DNA of 54,462 nucleotides from Enterovibrio sp. (lineage in GTDB: Bacteria; Pseudomonadota; Gammaproteobacteria; Enterobacterales; Vibrionaceae). The stretch is from contig JBELME010000002.1 in assembly GCA_042096095.1 (NCBI GenBank), forward strand, positions 1 through 54,462, given 5' to 3'. Made by a program: the position numbers and the translations under genes. Under the pieces are notes generated by a model, which did no database searches, was not told where the DNA came from, and saw only the letters and a list, made by a program, of their open reading frames with translations. Positions 34,429 to 44,789 of this stretch are shown one piece after another; the first letter of the stretch is position 1; every line of letters starts with the position of its first letter.

Positions 34429-34905
34429 TTACTCCTTGTCGCCGCCAACGCTGTAAAGGAACTGACCAATCAGATCCTCAAGCACGAGTGCGGAACGCGT
34501 ATCTTCTAGCAAGTCACCGTCTTGCAGAACATCGATGTCTTCATCCAAAAAGCCTGGTCGAATACCAATGAATTGCTCGCCAAGTAACCCTGAAGTCAAA
34601 ATGGCGGCAGAGCTGCTTTCTGGGAAGAAACCGTACTTACGTTCAATTTCCAATGTTACGGACGGCACATAATCGGGCGCAGTTAATGAGATATCACTAA
34701 CACGACCCACGACAACGCCACCCACTTTCACCGGCGAGCGAACTTTTAATCCACCGATATCATCAAAATGCGCTTCCAGCGTGTAATAGTCCGAGCGAGA
34801 GAAGCTCTTCACATCTGCAACCTGAAAGATAAGCAGTAGCACGGCTGCAATGCCTGCCAACACAAAAGTGCCTACCCAAAATTCTGTTTTACGATTTTGT
34901 TGCAT
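34429..34905 (-). CDS. mlaD: MCE-domain protein MlaD
   Basis: IGGLKVRSPV, TSGLLGEQF, LEDLIGQFLY. Confidence 0.95.
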   Translation of the reverse strand: MQQNRKTEFWVGTFVLAGIAAVLLLIFQVADVKSFSRSDYYTLEAHFDDIGGLKVRSPVKVGGVVVGRVSDISLTAPDYVPSVTLEIERKYGFFPESSSAAILTSGLLGEQFIGIRPGFLDEDIDVLQDGDLLEDTRSALVLEDLIGQFLYSVGGDKE

Positions 34906-34909
34906 GTAA

Positions 34910-35692
34910 TTAGCTCCCAAACATCAGCGCGGTAAGAATAAAATCTAAACCCAACACTGCCAAAGACGAATGCACGACAGTGCGTGTGGTGGCAAGGCTG
35001 ATCCCTTCAGATGTGGGGATAGCATCGTAACCATTAAAAAGCGCGATCCAAGTAACGGTGATAGCAAACACCACACACTTGATAAATGACTGGCCAATGT
35101 CGTAGCCCAACTCAACTGAGGACTGCATCACGGACCAATAGCTGCCGTAATCGATGCCTTTCCAATCGACACCGACAAGCTGTCCGCCCCAAATGCCAAT
35201 CATCATGAAAATCATCGCAAGCAGTGGCATTGAAATCACCCCCGCCCAAAAGCGCGGCGCGATAACGCGGCGAAGCGGATCGACCGCCATCATTTCTAAA
35301 CTTGAAAGTTGTTCGGTGGTTTTCATCAAACCAATTTCGGCGGTGAGCGCAGAGCCTGCTCGGCCCGCGAAAAGTAGCGCTGTTACCACAGGTCCCAATT
35401 CACGCAGCAACGACAACGCGACCATTTGCCCAAGCGAGCTTTCAGCGCCGAAGTCTGCCAATACCAAGTAGCCTTGTAAGCTCAATACCATGCCAATAAA
35501 AAGGCCAGAGACCATGATGATGGCGAGTGAGCGTACACCCACGGAATACAGTTGGGTAATTAGCAGCGGGAACATTTTCTTAGGCTGCGGTTTACCAATC
35601 AATGCGCCAAGCAACACAAAGGTCGCGCGACCCATTGTTCTCGACACCGCCATGGTGCGAGCACCCAGCGCTTGAACCATATTGACGATCAC
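34910..35692 (-). CDS. mlaE: ABC permease MlaE
   Basis: [32 protein letters not shown]. Confidence 0.96.
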   Translation of the reverse strand: MIVNMVQALGARTMAVSRTMGRATFVLLGALIGKPQPKKMFPLLITQLYSVGVRSLAIIMVSGLFIGMVLSLQGYLVLADFGAESSLGQMVALSLLRELGPVVTALLFAGRAGSALTAEIGLMKTTEQLSSLEMMAVDPLRRVIAPRFWAGVISMPLLAMIFMMIGIWGGQLVGVDWKGIDYGSYWSVMQSSVELGYDIGQSFIKCVVFAITVTWIALFNGYDAIPTSEGISLATTRTVVHSSLAVLGLDFILTALMFGS

Positions 35693-36486
35693 GAGAACAG
35701 CTCCTGTGTAATATCACTGGCAGGATAACGGAAAGGCACAGGCCCATCGGCGTCGCCTTTGAGAAATTGACTCACGCGAGGATCGGGATTGTCACGCAAA
35801 GATTGCGGTGAGCCTGATGCAATGATTTTACCGTTTGCCAGCAGGTAAACATGATCAGCAATGCTCATCACTTCTGGCACATCATGCGAAACGACAACAG
35901 AGGTTAACCCCAATGCTTGATTGAGATTACGAATCAAAGAGACCAATACACCCATGGTGATGGGATCTTGACCCACAAACGGTTCATCAAACATGATGAG
36001 CTCAGGGTCAAGTGCAATGGCGCGAGCAAGTGCTGCACGGCGTGCCATACCGCCAGACAAACTGCTCGGCATCAACTGTGCAGCGCCGCGAAGTCCAACG
36101 GCTTCCAGCTTCAAAAGTACGATGGTTTTGATTAAGGATTCAGGCAGTTCAGTGTGCTCACGAAGGGGGAATGCCACGTTGTCGAACACTGTCATATCAG
36201 TAAACAATGCCCCTGACTGAAAAAGCATACTCATGCGCTTGCGTGCTTCGTAAAGCTTGCTGCGAGACAAGGTGGGAATGTCATGGCCTGCAAACTCGAT
36301 GCGCCCACTCTCTGGCTGAAGTTGACCACCGATCAGCCGCAACAGGGTCGTTTTACCGATACCGGATGGGCCCATGATCGCTGTCACTTTCCCCACGGGC
36401 ACCGTCAAACTTACATTGTCAAAAATAACCCTCTCATCCCGAGAAAAGGTTAGGTTGCTGATCTCAACCAAATTTTTAGGGCTCAT
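35689..36486 (-). CDS. mlaF: ABC ATPase MlaF
   Basis: [22 protein letters not shown]. Confidence 0.96.
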   Translation of the reverse strand: MSPKNLVEISNLTFSRDERVIFDNVSLTVPVGKVTAIMGPSGIGKTTLLRLIGGQLQPESGRIEFAGHDIPTLSRSKLYEARKRMSMLFQSGALFTDMTVFDNVAFPLREHTELPESLIKTIVLLKLEAVGLRGAAQLMPSSLSGGMARRAALARAIALDPELIMFDEPFVGQDPITMGVLVSLIRNLNQALGLTSVVVSHDVPEVMSIADHVYLLANGKIIASGSPQSLRDNPDPRVSQFLKGDADGPVPFRYPASDITQELFS

Positions 36487-36798
36487 AGCAGGGCCTTCGA
36501 TGGTGATTCATTCACGAGTTAAGTGACTGATCATAGAGTGAGTGTGCGTGCAAAACAAGTAATTGCACAGTATTCATTTGCAAATTTCTGGTCAAGTATT
36601 CAACAGCGTTTTCTGTCCGTTTGTCTTTATATATATGCACTTTTTTTAATTTAAAGGTCTCCGATGGAACACCTTGATGTGAAAGAGGGATGAAAAGCAA
36701 TGAAACGCAAGGATTCGAAATAGAAAACCCGTGGAATTGAACAAAACACAATATCGTGAAATTACACGTCCATATCCATCATTAGTACGCCGTTTTCC

Positions 36799-36827
36799 TT
36801 CACATTTCTTCAATAAGCGGTCAGAAT
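36799..36827 (+). promoter_or_regulatory. Candidate promoter of yrbG-kdsDC-lptCAB
   Basis: TTCACA-N17-CAGAAT. Confidence 0.5.
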
Positions 36828-36871
36828 TGCGGTTCTATACAATTCGACCGATCCATTCAGAAGGTAATTAA

Positions 36872-37834
36872 ATGTTTGAAGCGACCGCCATCCTCGTCGT
36901 TGGCCTGTGTTTGTTAGTATGGAGTGCTGACAGATTGGTCTACGGTGCTGCTGCTATTGCCCGCAACGTTGGCATCTCCCCGCTTGTCATCGGTATGACC
37001 ATTCTTGCGATGGGCAGTTCCGCACCTGAGATGGTTGTTTCTGCCACAGCAGCCCTCAGTGGCAAAACTGATACAGCTGTTGGAAATGTGCTCGGATCAA
37101 ACATTGCAAACATTGCCCTTATTCTCGGCGTCACCGCACTTATCAAGCCCCTTTCTATTAGCTCTGGCATTATTCGACGTGAACTCCCACTCATGCTGGG
37201 TGTCACTATCGTTGCAGGGGCCATTTTGTGGGACAACCATTTAGGTTTCTATGAAGGCGTGCTTCTTGCTGTTCTGTTTGCAGGCTTTCTGCTTGCAATG
37301 ATGAAGATTGGTAAAGAAAGCGGCGAATCCGATCCTATGCTTGCAGAGCAAGAAGCAGAAATTCCAACAGGCGTCAGTAATGTGTCTGCGGGTATCTGGG
37401 TTGTAGTCGGTCTTGTTCTGCTTATTTTCAGTGCTGACATGGTGGTTGAATCCGCCGTGACCATCGCAAAAGCATTTGGTATGAGTGATTTGGTGATCGG
37501 CCTAACCATCGTTGCTGTTGGTACAAGTCTGCCGGAGCTTGCGGCCTCTGTCGCCGGTGTGCTGAAAGGCGAAGATGACCTCGCGGTCGGTAACATCATC
37601 GGCTCTAACATCTTCAACATACTCGCGGTCATGGGCATTCCAGGTATTTTGAATCCTTCAATGCTTAACCCACTGGCGATGGATCGTGACTTTTATGTCA
37701 TGCTCGCCGTGTCTGTCTTGTTGTTTTTGTTTGCTGTTGGTAAGTCCCGTATTATTAATCGTTGGGAAGGGATCGCGCTGCTGATTTGCTTCGTTGGCTA
37801 CCAAGGCTATTTGCTTACCGATATGGCGGCATAA
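36872..37834 (+). CDS. yrbG: Calcium/sodium antiporter (CaCA family)
   Basis: Two alpha repeats GSSAPE and GTSLPE, with GSN motifs. Confidence 0.93.
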   Translation: MFEATAILVVGLCLLVWSADRLVYGAAAIARNVGISPLVIGMTILAMGSSAPEMVVSATAALSGKTDTAVGNVLGSNIANIALILGVTALIKPLSISSGIIRRELPLMLGVTIVAGAILWDNHLGFYEGVLLAVLFAGFLLAMMKIGKESGESDPMLAEQEAEIPTGVSNVSAGIWVVVGLVLLIFSADMVVESAVTIAKAFGMSDLVIGLTIVAVGTSLPELAASVAGVLKGEDDLAVGNIIGSNIFNILAVMGIPGILNPSMLNPLAMDRDFYVMLAVSVLLFLFAVGKSRIINRWEGIALLICFVGYQGYLLTDMAA

Positions 37835-37846
37835 CTCGGATACGCT

Positions 37847-38815
37847 ATGACTGATTTTGATTTCCGCCAAGCTGGCACCACAGTATTGAAAACCGAACTC
37901 GATGCAATAACTCAGCTCGAGCAATACATCAATGATGACTTCGTGAAGGCGTGCCAACTGATCCTGTCAGCTTCAGGTAAAGTGGTTGTCATGGGCATGG
38001 GGAAATCCGGCCACATCGGCAATAAAATTGCCGCAACCTTTGCCAGTACTGGCACCCCTTCGTTTTTCGTTCATCCAGGAGAAGCCAGCCATGGCGACTT
38101 GGGCATGATTGAAAAAGGTGATGTGGTCTTAGCGATTTCGAACTCAGGCGAAGCCTCTGAAATTCTAACCTTGCTGCCTGTAGTGAAACGTCGCGGCATT
38201 GCATTGATTTCAATGACAGGAAACCCGGCTTCAACCATGGCACGGTTAGCGCAAGTAAATTTGTGCATTAAGGTGCAAAAAGAAGCCTGTCCGATCGGTC
38301 TTGCGCCCACATCCAGCACCACGGCTACATTGGTGATGGGCGACGCACTTGCTGTCGCACTGATGCAAGCGAAAGGCTTCACTGCAGACGATTTTGCCCT
38401 TTCTCACCCAGGCGGTGCACTCGGTCGTAAGCTGTTACTTCGTATTTCTGATGTCATGCATACGGGCGATAACTTGCCAACAGTTCTGGTAACAGCAACG
38501 ATTCGCGATGCCCTGCTTGAAGTGTCTGCAAAAGGCCTCGGCATGACCGCTGTCGTTGATGAGAAAGGTGCGCTCTGCGGCATCTTTACCGATGGTGATT
38601 TACGCCGCCTTCTTGATCAGCGCCTTGACCTTCATGAAACCTGTATTGGCGATGTGATGGGTGAAAACCCAACGTGTGTCGACGAAGACCTCCTTGCCGC
38701 CGAAGGCCTAAAGCTAATGGAAGAAAAGAAAATCAATGGGTTGCTCATCACTCGCCAAAGTATGTTGGTGGGTGCGCTTAACATGCATGATCTTCTTAAA
38801 GCAGGAGTCATGTAA
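37847..38815 (+). CDS. kdsD: Arabinose-5-phosphate isomerase
   Basis: GMGKSGHIG, EASHGDLG, HPGGALG, C-terminal CBS pair. Confidence 0.96.
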   Translation: MTDFDFRQAGTTVLKTELDAITQLEQYINDDFVKACQLILSASGKVVVMGMGKSGHIGNKIAATFASTGTPSFFVHPGEASHGDLGMIEKGDVVLAISNSGEASEILTLLPVVKRRGIALISMTGNPASTMARLAQVNLCIKVQKEACPIGLAPTSSTTATLVMGDALAVALMQAKGFTADDFALSHPGGALGRKLLLRISDVMHTGDNLPTVLVTATIRDALLEVSAKGLGMTAVVDEKGALCGIFTDGDLRRLLDQRLDLHETCIGDVMGENPTCVDEDLLAAEGLKLMEEKKINGLLITRQSMLVGALNMHDLLKAGVM

Positions 38816-39402
38816 TGCAAGATAACTCAAACAACACCATGAAGAACAAAGACACCGTCGACACCCTTTACGGGCCTGTCGCGAAACGTGTTTTTGATTC
38901 TGCTGCAGGCATTAAGCTGTTGATTTGCGATGTGGATGGCGTCTTTTCAGATGGCCGTATTTACATGGGCAACGATGGCGAAGAGCTGAAAACCTTCCAC
39001 ACACGTGACGGCTATGGCATTAAATCGCTGATGAATGCCGGCATCGAAATCGCCGTGATCACGGGCAGAAAGTCCGCCATCGTAGAACGCAGAATGTCTG
39101 CATTAGGCATCAAGCACATCTATCAAGGTCAAGACGACAAAGCCACAGCATACCAAGATTTGGTCGCACAACTGGGTATCCCAGCAGAAGCGACTGCATA
39201 TATTGGGGACGACCTTATTGATTGGCCCGTCATGTCATGTGTAGGCTTTTCTGTCTGTGTGAAAGATGGCCACCTCTTACTGGCACAACGTGCTGACTTG
39301 GTGACTCGCATCCCGGGTGGTTATGGTGCAGTGCGTGAAGTGTGCGACCTGATTCTAGAAGCCCGTGGCGAGCTCGATGCGCATAAAGGGTTAAGTATAT
39401 GA
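38815..39402 (+). CDS. kdsC: KDO-8-phosphate phosphatase (may start at 38839)
   Basis: HAD motif DVDGVFSDG, GDDLID, GAVREVCD. Confidence 0.96.
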   Translation: MQDNSNNTMKNKDTVDTLYGPVAKRVFDSAAGIKLLICDVDGVFSDGRIYMGNDGEELKTFHTRDGYGIKSLMNAGIEIAVITGRKSAIVERRMSALGIKHIYQGQDDKATAYQDLVAQLGIPAEATAYIGDDLIDWPVMSCVGFSVCVKDGHLLLAQRADLVTRIPGGYGAVREVCDLILEARGELDAHKGLSI

Positions 39403-39965
39403 TGCTGCAACGCCTTTGCATTGTGGCATTGCTAGGCATCTGCGGGTATGCGGGTTACTACCTGCTTGGCCAGCACTATCTAGACACAGAAGTACAAGTA
39501 ACGCCCGATGCAGAAAAACCACTGTTCACTGGTGATGGTATTAAGTCCACCAGCTACAACGAACAAGGAATTCGCAGCTATACCCTCGACTCTAGCCATA
39601 TTGAACATTATCAAAAGCTAGACGAAACGCATTTTAATGAGCCAGTGTTGTGGACCTTTAGCGACGGTATCGCAGAAGAATGGCGGGTTAGCTCGAATTT
39701 TGCCGTCCTAGAAAGCGGTCGCTATCTAGTGATGACAGGACGCGTTAGGATCTTTAACCTATTACCTAACGCGCAAATTAAAGTTGTCACAACAGACGCA
39801 TTGACGCTCGACCTTACCAGCCGGGATTTTTGGTCGGACAAAGAAACTGAAATTACCGGTGTAGGCTTTCAAACCCACGGACAGCGGGTGAAAGGCAATT
39901 TTGGCTCCCATCAAATGGAACTGATCGAACAAGTGAAAAGTAGATATGAACAAAAAACTCAATAA
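39399..39965 (+). CDS. lptC: LPS export protein LptC
   Basis: N-terminal TM helix and beta-rich domain; position between kdsC and lptA. Confidence 0.88.
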   Translation: MMLQRLCIVALLGICGYAGYYLLGQHYLDTEVQVTPDAEKPLFTGDGIKSTSYNEQGIRSYTLDSSHIEHYQKLDETHFNEPVLWTFSDGIAEEWRVSSNFAVLESGRYLVMTGRVRIFNLLPNAQIKVVTTDALTLDLTSRDFWSDKETEITGVGFQTHGQRVKGNFGSHQMELIEQVKSRYEQKTQ

Positions 39966-40452
39966 TATTTTCGCCTTTCTACTGCTCCTCATTTCGGGTA
40001 GTGTGTTTGCGCTAACCAGCGACTCTGAACAACCTATCTATATTGATTCAGACACGCAGAATTTGGATCTAAAAACCAATACCGTCATCTTCACAGGCAA
40101 TGTGTATTTGCGCCAAGGCTCGATCCGCCTGTATGCAAACAAGGTGGTTGTTACTCGCCCTAGTGGCAGTGAAGGCGGCGAAATCATTGATGCCTATGGC
40201 AAGCCAGCCACGTTCGAGCAGACCATGGACGACGGCAAAAAAATCAATGGCGAAGCCTTCGACCTTCAATACGAAGTCGCAAAAAGCTTCCTAAAAATGC
40301 GCAATCAAGCTGTGCTCACCCAAGAAGGTGGCAACAAGGTAGAAGGTCAATTGATTACCTACCAAATCGACAAACAGCAGTTGGTTGCGGAAAGTGACTC
40401 TAACGGTCGTGTTACCACCATTTTGCAACCGCAAACAAAACAAAAGAACTAA
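39946..40452 (+). CDS. lptA: LPS transport protein LptA
   Basis: Signal peptide, DSEQPIYIDSD, FTGNV...QG, GRVTTIL. Confidence 0.93.
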   Translation: MNKKLNNIFAFLLLLISGSVFALTSDSEQPIYIDSDTQNLDLKTNTVIFTGNVYLRQGSIRLYANKVVVTRPSGSEGGEIIDAYGKPATFEQTMDDGKKINGEAFDLQYEVAKSFLKMRNQAVLTQEGGNKVEGQLITYQIDKQQLVAESDSNGRVTTILQPQTKQKN

Positions 40453-40458
40453 CACTTC

Positions 40459-41184
40459 ATGGCCATACTTACCGCTAAGAACCTCGCGAAAAGCTATAAC
40501 GGACGCAAAGTCGTCACCGACGTTAGCCTTGAAGTTAAATCCGGCGAAATCGTCGGATTGCTCGGCCCAAACGGTGCGGGTAAAACCACCTCTTTCTACA
40601 TGATTGTTGGCTTGGTAGCGCGCGACGAAGGCGCGATTCACATCGATGACACTGACATCAGTATTCAGCCAATGCATAACCGTTCCCGCATGGGTATCGG
40701 CTATTTGCCTCAAGAAGCCTCTATCTTCCGTAAGCTAAGTGTTTATGACAACTTGATGGCGGTTTTGCAGACGCGCTCAGAAATGACCAAAGAAGAGCGT
40801 CAGGATAAAGCTGAGGATTTACTCGAAGAGTTTAACATTCAGCACATTAGAAACAGCATGGGTATGGCACTCTCTGGTGGTGAACGTCGCCGCGTTGAGA
40901 TTGCACGCGCACTTGCCGCGAACCCAAAATTCATCTTGCTTGATGAACCGTTTGCCGGTGTTGACCCGATTTCCGTTATCGATATTAAGAAGATCATTGA
41001 GCATCTTCGCGATCGTGGTTTGGGCGTGTTAATTACCGATCACAACGTACGTGAGACACTGAGTGTCTGTGAACACGCCTATATTGTGAGTCAGGGGCAT
41101 TTAATTGCTCATGGCACGCCTGATGAAGTCCTTAACGATGAACATGTAAAACGTGTCTATCTCGGCGACCAGTTCAGGCTATAG
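40459..41184 (+). CDS. lptB: LPS export ABC ATPase LptB
   Basis: [33 protein letters not shown]. Confidence 0.98.
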   Translation: MAILTAKNLAKSYNGRKVVTDVSLEVKSGEIVGLLGPNGAGKTTSFYMIVGLVARDEGAIHIDDTDISIQPMHNRSRMGIGYLPQEASIFRKLSVYDNLMAVLQTRSEMTKEERQDKAEDLLEEFNIQHIRNSMGMALSGGERRRVEIARALAANPKFILLDEPFAGVDPISVIDIKKIIEHLRDRGLGVLITDHNVRETLSVCEHAYIVSQGHLIAHGTPDEVLNDEHVKRVYLGDQFRL

Positions 41185-41260
41185 TTAAAAGTAACGGTTG
41201 GCGAATCGTTACAACAACAAGCACTGATAATTCAAAAATAGGAAAGGTGCCAGAATAACT

Positions 41261-42754
41261 ATGAAACCCTCGCTTCAGCTCAAGCTTGGCCAACAACTTG
41301 CAATGACGCCGCAACTGCAACAGGCAATTCGTCTGCTGCAGCTATCGACGTTAGACCTGCAACAAGAGATTCAGGAAGCGCTTGAAGCAAACCCTCTCCT
41401 TGAACAAGACGAATCGGGTGATCATTCATCAGACAGTGACACATCTGATGATTATGACAATGGCGAGCAGGTCAGCGCTTCTGCAGAACGCGATGATAAT
41501 TTAAACCACGAAGACAGCCTTGATAGCTCAGATGCTCTCGGCCAAAAAGAAATGCCCGACGACCTTCCTGTTGATACCACATGGGATGACATGTACAGCG
41601 CCAATACAGGCAGCACAGGCATTTCACTCGGTGACGACATTCCTGTTTATCAAGGTGAAACCACTGAAACACTCCAAGACTACCTCAATTGGCAAGTGCA
41701 ATTGACCCCCTTCAGCGAGGTGGATCTTGCGATTGCCACTGCCATCATCGATGCTGTCGATGACAAAGGCTACCTAACCGTTACCGCAGAAGACATCCTT
41801 GAAAGCCTTGGCGCTGAAGATGAAGAAGTGGAGCTTGATGAAGTTGAAGCGGTGTTAAAGCGCGTTCAACAATTCGATCCGCTAGGTGTTGCATCTCGAT
41901 CACTTCAAGAGTGTTTGTTGATCCAACTGGCTTCATTTGCGGAAGATACGCCATGGCTAGCCGAAGCAAGGGCCATACTAAAAGCGCATATGGATCTTCT
42001 CGCGAACCGCGACTACCGTCAGATCATGAAAGAAAGCAAACTTCGCGAGCCTGAGCTTAAAGAAGTGATGCAGCTGATCCACAGCCTTGAGCCACGTCCA
42101 GGCAATTTGATCGTCACCAACGAAGCAGAATATGTCATTCCCGACGTTTCCGTGTTCAAAGATCGTGGAAAATGGGTGGTACAGATCAATCCAGATAGCG
42201 TGCCAAGACTGAAGGTTAACCAACAATACGCCGCGCTGACCAAAAACGGGTGCAGCGCCGCCGACAGCCAATTTATTCGAAGCCATCTGCAAGATGCGAA
42301 ATGGCTGATCAAAAGCTTAGAAAGCCGCAATGAAACCCTGCTGAAGGTTGCACGTTGTATCGTCGAACATCAGCAAGATTTCTTTGAGTACGGCGAAGAG
42401 GCGATGAAGCCAATGGTGCTTAACGACATCGCACTCGCAGTGGACATGCATGAATCCACCATCTCTCGGGTCACCACCCAAAAATACATGCATACCCCAA
42501 GGGGTATCTATGAGTTGAAATACTTCTTTTCTAGTCATGTCAGTACTGACAATGGCGGCGAATGTAGCTCTACGGCAATACGTGCGCTGGTCAAAAAGTT
42601 GGTTGCCGCCGAAAACCAGGCCAAACCACTCAGCGACAGCAAGATTGCCACACTGCTGGCGGAACAAGGTATCCAAGTAGCACGTCGAACGATTGCAAAA
42701 TATCGCGAGTCTCTGGGTATCGCACCGTCAAATCAGCGCAAACGCCTTATCTAG
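41261..42754 (+). CDS. rpoN: RNA polymerase sigma-54 factor
   Basis: Q/L-rich region I, HESTISR, RpoN box [10 protein letters not shown]. Confidence 0.99.
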   Translation: MKPSLQLKLGQQLAMTPQLQQAIRLLQLSTLDLQQEIQEALEANPLLEQDESGDHSSDSDTSDDYDNGEQVSASAERDDNLNHEDSLDSSDALGQKEMPDDLPVDTTWDDMYSANTGSTGISLGDDIPVYQGETTETLQDYLNWQVQLTPFSEVDLAIATAIIDAVDDKGYLTVTAEDILESLGAEDEEVELDEVEAVLKRVQQFDPLGVASRSLQECLLIQLASFAEDTPWLAEARAILKAHMDLLANRDYRQIMKESKLREPELKEVMQLIHSLEPRPGNLIVTNEAEYVIPDVSVFKDRGKWVVQINPDSVPRLKVNQQYAALTKNGCSAADSQFIRSHLQDAKWLIKSLESRNETLLKVARCIVEHQQDFFEYGEEAMKPMVLNDIALAVDMHESTISRVTTQKYMHTPRGIYELKYFFSSHVSTDNGGECSSTAIRALVKKLVAAENQAKPLSDSKIATLLAEQGIQVARRTIAKYRESLGIAPSNQRKRLI

Positions 42755-42781
42755 GCGTCTCTACAAAGAAGGAAGATGTTT

Positions 42782-43069
42782 ATGCAAATAAATCTCACCG
42801 GTCACCACGTCGAGATCACCGAGTCCCTCCGAGAGTATGTGATGCAAAAGTTTGATAAGCTTGAGCGCTTTTTTGAGCATATTAACAACGTCCATGTCGT
42901 GCTTAACGTAGAAAAACTCCAACAAATTGCCGAAGCGACGCTTCACGTCAACAACGGCGAAATTCATGCGAAAGCAGACTCAGAAAACATGTATGCGGCC
43001 ATTGATTCGCTTACGGATAAGCTGGTTAAACAGCTAAACAAACACAAAGAAAAGATGAATCACCATTAA
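42782..43069 (+). CDS. hpf: Ribosome hibernation promoting factor
   Basis: MQINLTGHH, MYAAID; follows rpoN. Confidence 0.96.
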   Translation: MQINLTGHHVEITESLREYVMQKFDKLERFFEHINNVHVVLNVEKLQQIAEATLHVNNGEIHAKADSENMYAAIDSLTDKLVKQLNKHKEKMNHH

Positions 43070-43071
43070 CC

Positions 43072-43518
43072 ATGGAACTTAAAGACGTACTTAAGTTGGA
43101 CTGCACCAAAAGTGCAGTCCTTTGTTCAAGTAAGAAACGTGCACTTGAATTGATCAGCGAGTTGGCCGGCAACCAATTAGACCAAAACCCGCAAAAACTC
43201 TTCGAGTGCATCCTAAGCAGGGAAAAGCTAGGGAGTACGGGCATAGGGAATGGAATCGCCATTCCCCATGGCCGTATATTCAATAGTGACCAAGCTGTCG
43301 GCGTGTTTATTCAGTGTGCAGAGCCTATCGAGTTCGATGCCATTGATAATCAACCTGTTGATCTCTTGTTCGCGCTGCTCGTTCCAGATGAACAATGTAA
43401 AGAGCACCTCAAAACGCTGTCTTTGATTGCGCAAAAACTTGGAGACAAGCAATTGTGTAAGCGCATGCGTCATGCCAGCTCTGACCAAGAACTCTTCGAC
43501 ATCATTACTGGTGAATAG
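43072..43518 (+). CDS. ptsN: PTS IIA-Ntr
   Basis: SKKRALE, REKLGSTGIGNGIAIPHGR. Confidence 0.96.
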   Translation: MELKDVLKLDCTKSAVLCSSKKRALELISELAGNQLDQNPQKLFECILSREKLGSTGIGNGIAIPHGRIFNSDQAVGVFIQCAEPIEFDAIDNQPVDLLFALLVPDEQCKEHLKTLSLIAQKLGDKQLCKRMRHASSDQELFDIITGE

Positions 43519-43539
43519 CGAGACAGGGATCCCAGCACC

Positions 43540-44391
43540 ATGCAGTTGAAAATCGTAAGTGGCCGTTCAGGCTCGGGAAAATCTGTCGCTCTCCGCGTCC
43601 TTGAGGATTTGGGTTATTACTGCGTTGATAACCTTCCCGTGAATCTACTCCCACAGTTCGTCAATGCACAAACGGATGACAGCTCTCACATCGCCGTGAG
43701 CATTGATATTCGCAACATGCCCGCTGATCCTGATGAAATCGCCCAAACATTGGCAAAACTCCCTGCTGACTTAGATGTTGATATCTTTTTCTTGGATGCA
43801 GACGACAAGGAACTGGTTAAACGGTTCAGCGAAACCCGTCGCCTTCACCCTCTGAGTAAAAATAACTTATCGCTCGAACAAGCCATCGAGAAAGAAAAGC
43901 AGCTACTTACGCCCCTAAAAGAGCGTGCAGACAAAGTGATCAACACGTCAACGCACTCCGTGCATGACCTGAGTGAAGCGGTGCGATCTTTGGTGCTAGG
44001 GAGAACCAGTCGTGATTTGGTGATGGTGTTTGAATCCTTTGGTTTCAAACATGGTCTTCCTTCTGACGCAGACTACGTTTTCGATGTACGCTTTCTGCCC
44101 AACCCTCACTGGGATCCGTCTTTGAGGCCATTAACGGGCCTTGATGAGCCCGTGAAGATGTTCCTCGCTGCAGAGCAAGACGTGGCGATGCTCATTGCCC
44201 AAATCAAAAGTTTCCTCGAATCTTGGTTACCAGCTTTGGAAAAAAACAACCGCAGTTACCTCACCGTGGCCATTGGTTGCACTGGCGGGCAACATCGCTC
44301 TGTGTATATTGCTCAGTACTTGGCGGACTACTTCAAGTCCAACGGGCAACAAGTGCAAATTAGGCACAGAACACTCGAGGGAAAAATATGA
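43540..44391 (+). CDS. rapZ: RNase adapter RapZ (YhbJ)
   Basis: [34 protein letters not shown]. Confidence 0.96.
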   Translation: MQLKIVSGRSGSGKSVALRVLEDLGYYCVDNLPVNLLPQFVNAQTDDSSHIAVSIDIRNMPADPDEIAQTLAKLPADLDVDIFFLDADDKELVKRFSETRRLHPLSKNNLSLEQAIEKEKQLLTPLKERADKVINTSTHSVHDLSEAVRSLVLGRTSRDLVMVFESFGFKHGLPSDADYVFDVRFLPNPHWDPSLRPLTGLDEPVKMFLAAEQDVAMLIAQIKSFLESWLPALEKNNRSYLTVAIGCTGGQHRSVYIAQYLADYFKSNGQQVQIRHRTLEGKI

Positions 44392-44663
44392 CGCAGTGCA
44401 GTAAGGAAGTCTTGATCCGAAACCGCCTTGGCTTGCATGCGCGAGCTGCGGTAAAACTCGTGGAACTGGCGCAAAGTTTCGATGCAGAAGTCACCGTATC
44501 CAAAGCAGAACAAGCGGTTACCGCTGACAGCGTAATGGCGATTTTGCTCCTGGATTCCAGCCAAGGTGAACAAATCACCGTTTCGGCACACGGCCCAGAA
44601 GCACAAAAAGCGCTGGGGGCAGTCACCGCATTGATTGAAGCAGGCTTTGACGAGGAAAACTAA
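44388..44663 (+). CDS. npr: Phosphocarrier NPr (HPr family)
   Basis: [19 protein letters not shown]; last gene of the rpoN operon. Confidence 0.93.
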   Translation: MTQCSKEVLIRNRLGLHARAAVKLVELAQSFDAEVTVSKAEQAVTADSVMAILLLDSSQGEQITVSAHGPEAQKALGAVTALIEAGFDEEN

Positions 44664-44675
44664 CCTCGTCTTATT
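44649..44675 (+). terminator. Weak terminator-like hairpin spanning the npr stop codon
   Basis: GACGAGG-AAAACTAA-CCTCGTC-TTATT. Confidence 0.4.
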
Positions 44676-44789
44676 CCCTGCACGTCAACCCACTCGCTCT
44701 CATTTCAACACAGATTTCGCAAAGACAGTCATACGAGATTGCGTTAATATTCATGTCATTGCGCCAGCCGCCGTAAACCGGACAATTCC

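Noticed and set aside
36512-36751. 79-aa ORF in the mlaF-yrbG intergenic region
   Set aside because: It has a non-ATG start, no motif and AT-rich promoter-like composition; not supportable without homologs
44664-44789. M-box or other Mg2+ riboswitch upstream of mgtE
   Set aside because: The 126-bp gap is too short and shows no such multi-stem structure
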